Shown one piece after another: positions 54,913-64,000 of a stretch of 64,000 nt of DNA. This stretch comes from a virus (lineage: Duplodnaviria; Heunggongvirae; Uroviricota; Caudoviricetes; Crassvirales): the IMG/VR virus record IMGVR_UViG_3300031952_000007, positions 14,504 to 78,503 of that record. One strand, given 5' to 3'. The translations under genes were made by a program, and so were the position numbers. A model generated the notes under the pieces. The model made no database searches, had not been told where the DNA came from, and saw nothing but the letters and a program-made list of their open reading frames with translations. The stretch's first letter is position 1, and every line of letters begins with the position of its first letter.

Positions 54913-57557
54913 TGAAAGGTAAAGTAACATGTTCTAGTTGTGGTCATTCATGGGATAAATCTGATTCCAGTAAAAAAGATGTGTACGTATGTCACAACTG
55001 TGGAAAAGACAACACTATGAAAGATGGAGGTTGGTTAGATAAGTATGATGGTGGTGGAATGCAAGAATACCAAGAAAACTATAATGATGCATCAGCATCC
55101 TATCCTCCAGGATTTGTAGGAATGGGATATGATATAACAGGCAGAGATTATTCTCCAGCATGGGGAGGACAATTTAAAGATGGTGGTAAAAAGAAAAAGA
55201 AAAAAGAAACTAAAACAATTGATACAAGTAACACTGTTGTTGTAGATGGAAAAAAATATGACAGATCAACTGAAGAATATAAAGATCTTTATAGATTTGG
55301 ACCAGGTTCTAAAGGTGCTGTAGGATTTATGTACGCGCGTACGCAGGGAATTCCTTCTAATGGAAAATATGCAAAGAAAACATTGGCCTCTGCACAGAAT
55401 GGACAAGAGATGTCCTACTACCAACATGGACTTGATTTCAAGACAAAGGGAATGAAAAATGGTGGATGGTTAGATAAATATGAAACTCCACAAGCACAGC
55501 CTGGAATTAACGTAGATGAAGCTCAAAAAGGAAAAAAGGTTAAAGGAAAAGTTAATAACACAACTACAAACACCACAACTAAAGCACCTTCATTTTCTAT
55601 TTATAAACCATATGCACCCAACTTTGTAACAAATCCAGTTTCTTCTACACATGTTAAGAAACCAGCAACTCCACTTTCTGATGTACAGATAAGTAAAAAT
55701 AAATTTAATAATCAAGCACGTAGAGCTAAGTCAAAAGATATATTACCTATTGTAGGAAATGCTATATTGAATCCTGTACAAACTTTGGCTAATCAAGAAT
55801 TAAAAACTCTTGCAAAAAATTTAGATCCATATCAATATAGCACTATGGATTCAGAAGGAAATTTAGTTTCACCATTTAAACGAATACTTAATGCAGGAAT
55901 TTTTGGTAATAAAGAAGGATCAAGATTAGGTGTAGATGATGACATTCGTAATAATGTTAAAAGCGAGAAGGCATTAAGAAGTGATCTTTTACAGTTATAC
56001 GCAGGGTTACCTCAACAAGGTAATTCAGTAGAACCATCTGATTATGTTCCTACAACTGGACATAAAAGAGGAAATCAATATGTTAAATCTAAACATATAG
56101 AAGATTATATAATTAACAAATATTTAAACCCTGGTGATCAATACGCCACTCAACCAAATATTCGTAATCAAGCAGATGCTCAAAAGTACATTGAAGGGTT
56201 AACTGATTTAATAGAAGGAAAAGGTAAGAAAACTAATTCGGTAATGGGCTACTTACCAGCATTAGGAACATCAACAATAAGTGCAGGTGATGACAATGGT
56301 ATGCCATACATTAGTTATAATGATACTTGGGATCTTAATCCATTTACAGGAATTAATGCTACTGTTTCTGAAGATCAACAATCTTCAACTTTTAATAATA
56401 TAAAGAAATCATTAGTTGATGTTGCAACAGGATTTGCTGGTGCTGCTCCTCCAAAAGTATATGGAAGAGTTTATTTTGATCCTAAAACAGGACAGCCTAT
56501 TAAAAAGAAACAAGGTGGAGTTGTAAAAGATGATATGGGTTATTGGAATCCTGGCAATCATGGAAAGGTTGTAGAGATAGGCAGTAATGATATTACAATG
56601 CAAGGAGTAGATCAAGACTTGATAGGAATCTCTGATCAAGGTGATATGCAATACATGACTCCTGGTAATGATTATAAATTCAAAGGAAAGAAGGTGAGAG
56701 AATATCCTGTAGCAGATGAAGGAACTAGTATTACTCAAACAACTACAGCAACAGAAACTACAAAGCCACTTACAAAACCAATTAAGAAAAAAGTTGTTCC
56801 ATATGACATGGATTCAGAAATTCCATTGGTTATGAAAGCAACTTCTGAATTTGATGAAGGCAGAAGTTTTAATGAGATAACTAAACGTGCAGCACAAAGA
56901 GGTGGTATAGATCCTAAATTATTATTCTCTTCATCAATGCAAGAGGGAATGAATAAAGCAGCACTTAAGCAAGATGAGATTGGCGAAGAGTATGGTAAGG
57001 TTTATAATGAGAAATTTCCTATAGATGGATTCTTAAACTATGGTCTTGATACATTTAGTGACATAGCTCCAAACTTAATTGAGAAGGGTTATTTACCAAA
57101 AGACTTTTCATATAATCCATATAACGCAACTAATGAAAAGTATAAAAAAGTACACACAGCATCATTTGCAAATAATGAAGATGCTATGGTTGCTAAAGCT
57201 GCAATGTTGAGAAATGAAAGTGATACTGTTAGTGATTATGCAAAAAAGAATAATATAGAATTAACTCCAGAGCTTAATAATTATTTTACAATGGCATCCT
57301 ACAATAGTGGGTTTGGCAATGCTAAAATGATGATGAATGATTATTTAAAATCTAAAGCCTCAGGCCAAGATTTTATAAGTAAAGGAATGACTACAAGAAA
57401 AGGAGTTCATAAAAATGTACTTCCAAGATACAATAGAATGAGTAAGCTTTCTAGTTATTTCAAATCTGGTGGACAATTGGAGAAATTAGATCAATTAACT
57501 AACTTTACAAATTACAATAAACCAACATCTGGTGGATGGCTGGATAAATACAATTAA
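54912..57557 (+). CDS. large virion protein (881 aa) with N-terminal zinc ribbon and three GGWLDKY repeats
   Basis: CSSCGHSW...CHNCG, then KDGGWLDKYD (~res 39), NGGWLDKYE (~res 183) and the C-terminal SGGWLDKYN*; poly-Lys stretch. Confidence 0.6.
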   Translation: MKGKVTCSSCGHSWDKSDSSKKDVYVCHNCGKDNTMKDGGWLDKYDGGGMQEYQENYNDASASYPPGFVGMGYDITGRDYSPAWGGQFKDGGKKKKKKETKTIDTSNTVVVDGKKYDRSTEEYKDLYRFGPGSKGAVGFMYARTQGIPSNGKYAKKTLASAQNGQEMSYYQHGLDFKTKGMKNGGWLDKYETPQAQPGINVDEAQKGKKVKGKVNNTTTNTTTKAPSFSIYKPYAPNFVTNPVSSTHVKKPATPLSDVQISKNKFNNQARRAKSKDILPIVGNAILNPVQTLANQELKTLAKNLDPYQYSTMDSEGNLVSPFKRILNAGIFGNKEGSRLGVDDDIRNNVKSEKALRSDLLQLYAGLPQQGNSVEPSDYVPTTGHKRGNQYVKSKHIEDYIINKYLNPGDQYATQPNIRNQADAQKYIEGLTDLIEGKGKKTNSVMGYLPALGTSTISAGDDNGMPYISYNDTWDLNPFTGINATVSEDQQSSTFNNIKKSLVDVATGFAGAAPPKVYGRVYFDPKTGQPIKKKQGGVVKDDMGYWNPGNHGKVVEIGSNDITMQGVDQDLIGISDQGDMQYMTPGNDYKFKGKKVREYPVADEGTSITQTTTATETTKPLTKPIKKKVVPYDMDSEIPLVMKATSEFDEGRSFNEITKRAAQRGGIDPKLLFSSSMQEGMNKAALKQDEIGEEYGKVYNEKFPIDGFLNYGLDTFSDIAPNLIEKGYLPKDFSYNPYNATNEKYKKVHTASFANNEDAMVAKAAMLRNESDTVSDYAKKNNIELTPELNNYFTMASYNSGFGNAKMMMNDYLKSKASGQDFISKGMTTRKGVHKNVLPRYNRMSKLSSYFKSGGQLEKLDQLTNFTNYNKPTSGGWLDKYN

Positions 57558-57567
57558 AATTTAAAAG

Positions 57568-60366
57568 ATGAAAGATAAGATTTTAAAAATTGCAGGAGTT
57601 AAAAGCGAAACTGCTTTCTACAAAAAGTTCCCAACAGAAGAAGCTTTCATAAAAGCTCATGGTAAAGAGTTGAAGAAAGCTAAATTGGGTGATGCTATTC
57701 CTAAAGCCCAAACTGGAACATATAGTTTTGATCCAAGTCTAACCAAATTAAAATCATTTGGAGGAGGGACAAAACCTACTTTACAAGGTAAAATTAATGT
57801 AGGTCAAGGAGGAGCACAAGGTGGTGCATCTGCTGCAGCAGGAGGGGCTGGTAAACTTGGTGGGTATATGGATGCTGCTGGTGGAGTTATTGAAGGTATT
57901 GGTATGTTACAAGAAGCTGGAAAAGCACAAGATCTTGCTGAACAACAATCTAAGGTTACAGATGTACAAAGAAGAGCTGCTGAATCTACACCTAAAGATA
58001 GAGCTCGTCATATGTACGACATGCCTTGGGATAATCCAGTTAATCCTGGTGAATTAGGTTCTCCACAAGGACAAGGTACAAATTACCTATCTGCAGAATA
58101 CGGAACTTCAATTGGAGGTAACCCTACAGAAATACAAAATACATTTGCTCCTAATGATATTTATACAGATGGAGGATATGAACCATTAGAGGATAGTGAA
58201 ATGGTTAAGCAATATAAAAGAGGTGGATATATTCCACAGGCGCAAGCTGGATTTGGTGGAGGAGGATATAGTAAAATAGGAAGTTCATTAGGTGGACTAT
58301 TAGGACCAGTTGGTGGTGTTGCTGGATCAGTTTTAGGAGGTATGGCTGATGAAATTGCTGGTGCTAAAACTAGAGGATTTCAAGACATAACTAATAGAAA
58401 TGTGTCAGCAATACAAGGACAATTAGCTGGACAAAATATTCAATCACAGAATGCTAATGTAATGAGAGAAGGTGGGCTTATACAATATGAAGAAGGTGGA
58501 TGGATGAATCCTAACTATAATCCACAACTTATTACAAAGTTTGGTGATATGGATGTAACTGATATGCATAACTTTGCTAGTGAAGGAATGGATGTGTTGA
58601 GAGCAGGTGGTCATGTTAAGAATTACAGAAATCCAAGTGAACGTTCATTGCAAACATATGTTATGGGTGGTGAATTGCAAACCACTTGGGGTGGACATGC
58701 TGAATCTATTTCTAAAAATCCATATCTTCCAGGTACAGGAGAAACTGTAATGTTTAGAGGAAAGAGTCATGAGGAAGGTGATGGTAATGGACATACAGGA
58801 ATTGGTGTTACGTATGGTAAGAGTTCTCCAGACTCATATACAGATTATGCTGAATATGGAACACAAGAAGCTGATGCTGATGTAGAAGTTGAAAGAGGTG
58901 AACCAGCTACAGAATTAAATGATGAGAATGGAGAAAAGAGTTTAGTAGTATATGGTAATTTAAAAATATCTAAAGATGCTGCAAAACATATAGGTGATGC
59001 AAAAGCTATGAATATGAAATATAAAAACTATATAAACAGTAAAAGCAAAGAAGAAGCTAGACAAAATAAAATTATAGAGAAAGCATTAGAGGCTATTGAT
59101 AGTAATGAGGATGATAATACAGTGATGGGTAAAATGAATTTAACAACTAATCAAGCAATACTTGATGGTGCTAATATGAAATTAAAACAAATAGCTGATA
59201 TAAAAATTAAAGCTTCTCAATATCAAAATGCTGTTAATGATACAGCAGCTGAATATGGTGTAGATGCTGATGCATTAGCTAAAGGAAAGATTAAGATTGA
59301 TAAGCAGAACAATGAGATGGCTAAGTTTGGTAAAAATCTTAAGAAAGAACAATATGGCGTAGAGAAAGACGCTTCTTCATATTTTACAGAATACGATAAA
59401 GAAGATCCATTTGGATTAGCAGCTAAACTTTATGATTTGCAAACATCACGTCCATCTGATGTAAAGATTCCTTATGATCCTAATAATATAAATTCTCCTA
59501 GGAATTTAAAATCAGTTACAGTAAAATCTAAAAAAGAAAAACAAGCTGGTCCAAAATCTATTGCAAGTGCTGAACCAACAGAGAAAGAAGAAAAAAAGAA
59601 AAAGAAACTTAGTATTAAAGATTTAATGATGGCATATAATGAAATTCTTCCTTATATCAGACCAAGTGACCAAGAAGAACTTGACCCTAGTCAACTCTAT
59701 CCTGAATTGATGGCAGCTGGGATGAATCAACAAGAACCTGTACAAGCACAATTGTTTAATCCACAATTAGGCGGTACATATAATATTTCTTTACAAGATC
59801 AATTAAATGCTAACCAAGCTGACTTTAATGCATTGCAAAGACAAACAGGATATAATCCTGAAGCACAATCAATGTTGGCTGCTCAGAAGTATTCTGCTAA
59901 TAGCAAAGTCTTAGGAGATCAATTTAAAATGAATCAAGCTAATGAGGCTGATACATATGCTAAGAATAGACAAGCTCTAGATCAAGCTAAATTAACTAAT
60001 ATGGGTATATTAGATAAGCAATACGAAAGACAAGAAACAGCTAAATCTAAAACTAAACAACAAGCTATTGAGATTGCTAAATCAATGGTTGATAAAGTTG
60101 CTCAAAATAAATTGGAAAATAGAAAGCTTGGTATTATGGAAAATATGTATAACTACAGATTTGATGATAAGGGTAGAGCTGTTAATATGAATCCTTTAGC
60201 TATGTTTAATGTAGATGGTTCTGGTGATGGAGCAACAAGTGAGTTAGAAGCTTATGAAAAAGCAATGGATCTTGTTGATGATTACAAAGACAAAAGAAAA
60301 GCAGCTAGAAAAACTAAGACTACATCTAGAAACGGTTCAATTGTTAAAGCAATCAAAAATTTATAA
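57568..60366 (+). CDS. large virion protein (932 aa), Gly-rich (tape-measure/ejection-protein-like)
   Basis: Gly-rich segments (GGAQGGASAAAGGAGKLGG, GFGGGGY) and Lys/Glu-rich coiled regions. Confidence 0.55.
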   Translation: MKDKILKIAGVKSETAFYKKFPTEEAFIKAHGKELKKAKLGDAIPKAQTGTYSFDPSLTKLKSFGGGTKPTLQGKINVGQGGAQGGASAAAGGAGKLGGYMDAAGGVIEGIGMLQEAGKAQDLAEQQSKVTDVQRRAAESTPKDRARHMYDMPWDNPVNPGELGSPQGQGTNYLSAEYGTSIGGNPTEIQNTFAPNDIYTDGGYEPLEDSEMVKQYKRGGYIPQAQAGFGGGGYSKIGSSLGGLLGPVGGVAGSVLGGMADEIAGAKTRGFQDITNRNVSAIQGQLAGQNIQSQNANVMREGGLIQYEEGGWMNPNYNPQLITKFGDMDVTDMHNFASEGMDVLRAGGHVKNYRNPSERSLQTYVMGGELQTTWGGHAESISKNPYLPGTGETVMFRGKSHEEGDGNGHTGIGVTYGKSSPDSYTDYAEYGTQEADADVEVERGEPATELNDENGEKSLVVYGNLKISKDAAKHIGDAKAMNMKYKNYINSKSKEEARQNKIIEKALEAIDSNEDDNTVMGKMNLTTNQAILDGANMKLKQIADIKIKASQYQNAVNDTAAEYGVDADALAKGKIKIDKQNNEMAKFGKNLKKEQYGVEKDASSYFTEYDKEDPFGLAAKLYDLQTSRPSDVKIPYDPNNINSPRNLKSVTVKSKKEKQAGPKSIASAEPTEKEEKKKKKLSIKDLMMAYNEILPYIRPSDQEELDPSQLYPELMAAGMNQQEPVQAQLFNPQLGGTYNISLQDQLNANQADFNALQRQTGYNPEAQSMLAAQKYSANSKVLGDQFKMNQANEADTYAKNRQALDQAKLTNMGILDKQYERQETAKSKTKQQAIEIAKSMVDKVAQNKLENRKLGIMENMYNYRFDDKGRAVNMNPLAMFNVDGSGDGATSELEAYEKAMDLVDDYKDKRKAARKTKTTSRNGSIVKAIKNL

Positions 60367-60453
60367 CTAATCATATTATAGCAGATTACTAAAAATCATT
60401 AGATGTTTTGGTTGTTATAATATATTCAATTACATTTGCTAACTTAATTTACT

Positions 60454-63039
60454 ATGGCAAGTTTTACAGACGCAATATCAACATTCAATCCTTACGTAGC
60501 TCAACTCCCCGTTGAGCTCATGGCCCAAGTGGGTATGCAGAAGCAAGCTCAATATGATGCTGGTGTACAAAAAATCCAAACCAATATAGATAATATTGCT
60601 GGTTTGGATATTATGAAAGATGTTGATAAAACATATTTAAAATCAAAACTTAATCAACTAGGTTCCAATTTAACAAAAGTAGCAGCAGCAGATTTCTCTA
60701 ATGCCCAATTAGTTAACTCTGTTGGTGGTATGGCTACACAGATTGGTAAAGATTCTTCAATACAATCTGCTGTAGGTTCCACTGCTTGGTATAGAAAACA
60801 AGCAGCTGAAATGGAAAAGGCTAGAACAGAAGGAAAATCCTCTGAAGCAAATGTTTATGATTTTAATCGAAAAGCAAATGCGTGGATGGAATCAGATAAA
60901 GTTGGTGAAAAGTTTGATGGTAGATATGTTCCATATACAGATGTAAAGAAAAAAGCAATGGAAGCAATTAAAGGATTGCATCCAAATTTACAACAGTATG
61001 ATATCCCTTTTGAAATAAAAGATGGTAAAATAGATCAAACAAAAATTGCTGATGCACTAAAACGTTATAAAATAGAAGGTGTTGATGAAGGACAAATTGG
61101 TGCTGCTATCACTGCATCTTTATCTTCAGAAGATCTTAATCAATTATCTATTGAGGGAAATTATCAATTTAGAGGAGTTTCTTCAGAGCAGCTTGTAGGT
61201 ATAGCTCAAACTAATTATAAAAATGATAAAGATGAAGCTATTACAACTCTTAAATTTTTAACAGAGAAAAAAGCAATTACAGTAGATCCCACTCTAAGTG
61301 CTAAAATAGATGAACGAATTGAGGCTGTACAGAAACAAATAGGTGATGATAAAGTTCCTGGTACATTAGATTCTCAATTAAAAGACGCTATAGAATTAGC
61401 AACTAAAAATCCAGAACAAGTTAAAGCCTCTTTGTATAAAGATGGATTTATAAAAGAATTTGCAAATGCCTTCACTTGGAAAAACCAAGAAGAAAGTTAT
61501 GAAACCAATCCTCTTAAAGAGCAAGAGAATTTTAGAACAGAGATGGTACATAAACAACAAGTAGAAAATAGACAACGTTACGAGTTTGGTGTTACTACAA
61601 ATTTAAGAAGACAAGAAATTGCAATGTCAGCAGAAACTCTATTGCTTAAAAAACAAGAACTTGCATTAAAAAATGCAGAGCTTTATGGAGTAGATGCTCC
61701 TTGGATAACTTTAGGAAATGAAACAGATGATAAGTTACATGCAAATGATAAATTTGTAGATCATGTCTCTTCTGTTCTAGGTGGTATTAATGGAAATGTT
61801 CAAAGACTAATGAATGCTGGATATACTAAAGAACAAGTAAACATGATGTTGACTAAAAAATTAGATATCCCAGCAAAAGCAGCAGGCACTATTCAAGCAA
61901 TATTAAAAGATCAAAATTATTTAAAATCATTACAATCAAAAGAAGCTACACTAAGAGCTGAATCAGATAAAGAAGCAGGTGTTACTGGTTTGAAAGCACA
62001 GCTATTAACAAACAAGCCTGGATTAGATATAACATTTAAAGGTACTAAATTACAATTAAGTCCTGAAGAAATATTAGGAATACAATCAGCAACAAAAACA
62101 ACTACACAAGCTTCAAAAGGAGGAAACAGACGTACAGTGACAGTTGACACTCAAGGATTTAACCAAAGACAATTAAATTTTGTAAATTCAATGAAGGGTG
62201 TAATGTATGGTAGTTTTGAACCAGGTCCAAAACCTGCTGGTTATGATGCTGTTATAGGACAAGTTAATGCAGTAACTGGACAATATGCTAATGCTGTTAC
62301 TAAATTATCATCTGCAGTACGTAAGTCGGGTGAGATATATAATCAAAAACTTGCACCTCTTGTTACAGCATTTGTTCCACAAATTAAAGCTTTGGGATCA
62401 GATAAGAATGGTTCTCCAACAGCTACTACATTAGGTCAAGTTAGCGGACTTATAACTGCTACTATTGCAAGAGGAGTTAAAGCTGATAATGTATATGATC
62501 CTCCTGTTGCTTCTGAAATGTTACTAGAAAAAAATTCAAAAGACACAAGAATATTTATACAACAGTCTGGAGATAATTTTGAAGTGATTCTTAAAAGTGA
62601 ATCAGATCCTTCAAAGCTTCAAAGAATCAAAGCTACAAAAGAAGAAGTGGTGGCTAACTTTGGTGCTAAGTATGTAAATAATAATACTCAAGAATCAACA
62701 AGACTTAAACTTGGTAGAGGAAATACAAATATTACTGGAAATGCAGAAAACTCAATGATGCAAAAATCATTTGGCGATTTCCCAGGAATTACAAAAATGA
62801 ATATAACTGCTGATCTTGATCAAGATATTAGTAATCCAGATTTATATGTTCCTATGATTAACGTAATGAAGAAAAATGGAAGATGGCAAACTTTTGCTCT
62901 TTCTGGAACAAATAGTTTATCAAGAGTTGGATTTGATCAAGGTAAAACAAATTTAAATGCATTAACAAATGATGTTTTATTAAAAGCTTTAAAAAGAGAA
63001 TACCCAAATTACGATTACTCTCAATTAGATATTAAATAA
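60454..63039 (+). CDS. large virion protein (861 aa)
   Basis: Uninterrupted 2.6-kb co-oriented ORF. Confidence 0.6.
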   Translation: MASFTDAISTFNPYVAQLPVELMAQVGMQKQAQYDAGVQKIQTNIDNIAGLDIMKDVDKTYLKSKLNQLGSNLTKVAAADFSNAQLVNSVGGMATQIGKDSSIQSAVGSTAWYRKQAAEMEKARTEGKSSEANVYDFNRKANAWMESDKVGEKFDGRYVPYTDVKKKAMEAIKGLHPNLQQYDIPFEIKDGKIDQTKIADALKRYKIEGVDEGQIGAAITASLSSEDLNQLSIEGNYQFRGVSSEQLVGIAQTNYKNDKDEAITTLKFLTEKKAITVDPTLSAKIDERIEAVQKQIGDDKVPGTLDSQLKDAIELATKNPEQVKASLYKDGFIKEFANAFTWKNQEESYETNPLKEQENFRTEMVHKQQVENRQRYEFGVTTNLRRQEIAMSAETLLLKKQELALKNAELYGVDAPWITLGNETDDKLHANDKFVDHVSSVLGGINGNVQRLMNAGYTKEQVNMMLTKKLDIPAKAAGTIQAILKDQNYLKSLQSKEATLRAESDKEAGVTGLKAQLLTNKPGLDITFKGTKLQLSPEEILGIQSATKTTTQASKGGNRRTVTVDTQGFNQRQLNFVNSMKGVMYGSFEPGPKPAGYDAVIGQVNAVTGQYANAVTKLSSAVRKSGEIYNQKLAPLVTAFVPQIKALGSDKNGSPTATTLGQVSGLITATIARGVKADNVYDPPVASEMLLEKNSKDTRIFIQQSGDNFEVILKSESDPSKLQRIKATKEEVVANFGAKYVNNNTQESTRLKLGRGNTNITGNAENSMMQKSFGDFPGITKMNITADLDQDISNPDLYVPMINVMKKNGRWQTFALSGTNSLSRVGFDQGKTNLNALTNDVLLKALKREYPNYDYSQLDIK

Positions 63040-63046
63040 TAATATT

Positions 63047-64000
63047 ATGCCAGATTTTGATAAAGATCTAAATCCAATTTTTAGAAATGCTGAAAAAGGT
63101 AAAACACCTAATTTAGATAATCCATCAAATCGTACTCCTAATAATTATGCTCCTTTAACTGATGGTGGAGGTGGTGATGGTAATTTAATGAGAGCTAGTT
63201 CAGATCCTATTTTTGGAAATGGACCTGTTGTATCAAAAATGTTACCCACTGTAACTGCAGGAGAATTATATGATAATAGAAGATACAAAACATATGATGC
63301 TAATATTGTAGACATCGAGGATCAAAAAGCTTATGCTCAATCTAATTGGGACAAAGCTGCTAATGGAGTTTTAAAAGGATTGAATCTTGCAGGTACAACA
63401 ATTGCTGGAAGTTTTGCAATGTTAGGAGGAATAGCAGTTGCTGCTACTACAGGAAGACTTGCTGATATATGGGATAACCAAGCTACACAAGATTTAGATG
63501 AATGGAATAATAAAGTAGATAATGAATATCTTCCAAACTATTACACTAATGTAGAAAAAAATGCAAGATGGTATTCAACAGATAACTGGTTTAAAACAAA
63601 TTTCTTATTTGATAAATTAGTTAAAAATTCTGGATTTGCTGTAGGCGCAATGGTTACAGGTAATATTGCTAATGCAGGATTATTAAGAGCTGGTGCAGCT
63701 ATTGGTGAAGCTGTAATGGCAGGAGCTACTGCTGCAGAAGCATCTGAAGCGTTTAGATTATTTACACCATTACTAAGAAATACAGCCAGAGCATTTTCTG
63801 CTGGTAAGAATATAGAAGTTGCTAATATATTAGAAACAGAACTTTCATCAATTGCTGATGTAACTGCAAAGTCATCAAAGATTGCAGACCTTGCAAAATC
63901 TAGAGTTGGATTTGCAAACTTTGGAGATGAGGCTAGGAGAACAATTGTTGCTACATATTCATCTGCTGGAGAAGCTTCATTTGAAGCTCTTAGTACAGGT
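63047..64000 (+). CDS. large virion protein, 5' part (runs off window end); Gly/Ala-rich hydrophobic segments
   Basis: ATG at 63047 (MPDFDKDLNPIFRNAEKG...) open to the window end; AGTTIAGSFAMLGGIAVAATTG and VGAMVTGNIANAGLLRAGAAIGEAVMAGATAAEA look membrane-inserting. Confidence 0.5.
   Translation, partial: MPDFDKDLNPIFRNAEKGKTPNLDNPSNRTPNNYAPLTDGGGGDGNLMRASSDPIFGNGPVVSKMLPTVTAGELYDNRRYKTYDANIVDIEDQKAYAQSNWDKAANGVLKGLNLAGTTIAGSFAMLGGIAVAATTGRLADIWDNQATQDLDEWNNKVDNEYLPNYYTNVEKNARWYSTDNWFKTNFLFDKLVKNSGFAVGAMVTGNIANAGLLRAGAAIGEAVMAGATAAEASEAFRLFTPLLRNTARAFSAGKNIEVANILETELSSIADVTAKSSKIADLAKSRVGFANFGDEARRTIVATYSSAGEASFEALSTG

Noticed and set aside
54912-57557. Lytic transglycosylase (SLT) domain in the 881-aa protein (LLFSSSMQEGMN)
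   Set aside because: The catalytic Glu-Ser pair and the GLMQ spacing typical of family GH23 are absent; the similarity is too weak.
57568-60366. Calling this ORF the tape-measure protein
   Set aside because: No tail tube or sheath genes were recognised, and the virion may be podovirus-like with large internal ejection proteins; only a generic large virion protein call is justified.
1-64000. CRISPR array, integrase/attachment site or prophage boundary
   Set aside because: No regularly spaced direct repeats of CRISPR size, no tyrosine or serine recombinase motifs, and no host-like flanking genes; the whole window reads as phage.

Overview
AT-rich (~30% GC) 64-kb segment of a virulent dsDNA phage genome; host is probably a Bacteroidetes/Flavobacteria-type bacterium. 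Host evidence: N-terminal Bacteroidetes-style signal peptides and lipoprotein signals, a tail protein with a FISUMP-like domain, no Shine-Dalgarno use. No integrase, att site or CRISPR array was seen. Left arm (1..24451) is transcribed leftward (minus strand). It is a replication/early module: Hsp90-like GHKL ATPase, an atypical family-1 uracil-DNA glycosylase homolog, primase-like protein, P-loop ATPase, split SF2 helicase, DnaB-like helicase, split family-B DNA polymerase, then many small ORFs and a cluster of small secreted, lipoprotein and membrane proteins separated by clean rho-independent terminator hairpins. Right arm (24765..64000) is transcribed rightward. It holds an HU-like protein, large terminase, a portal candidate, an acidic scaffold-like protein, major capsid protein (codon-biased), a tail-collar fibre, three paralogous fibre-like proteins, a metallophosphoesterase, a nucleotidyltransferase-fold protein, a FISUMP-domain protein and four very large virion proteins. 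Most notable point: the replication module carries three group I introns on the minus strand that share recognisable P, Q, R and S core elements. Two of them carry GIY-YIG homing-endonuclease ORFs and sit inside catalytic motifs of the helicase (DExH box) and the DNA polymerase (motif A). The third is ORF-less and lies in a ~700-bp noncoding region whose host gene I could not resolve. A third, free-standing GIY-YIG gene lies in the structural module. Several ORF-track starts reported as M are really TTG codons; for the two introns where the upstream reading frame was checked they are in-frame exon continuations. All functional calls are from motif reading by eye, not database searches.
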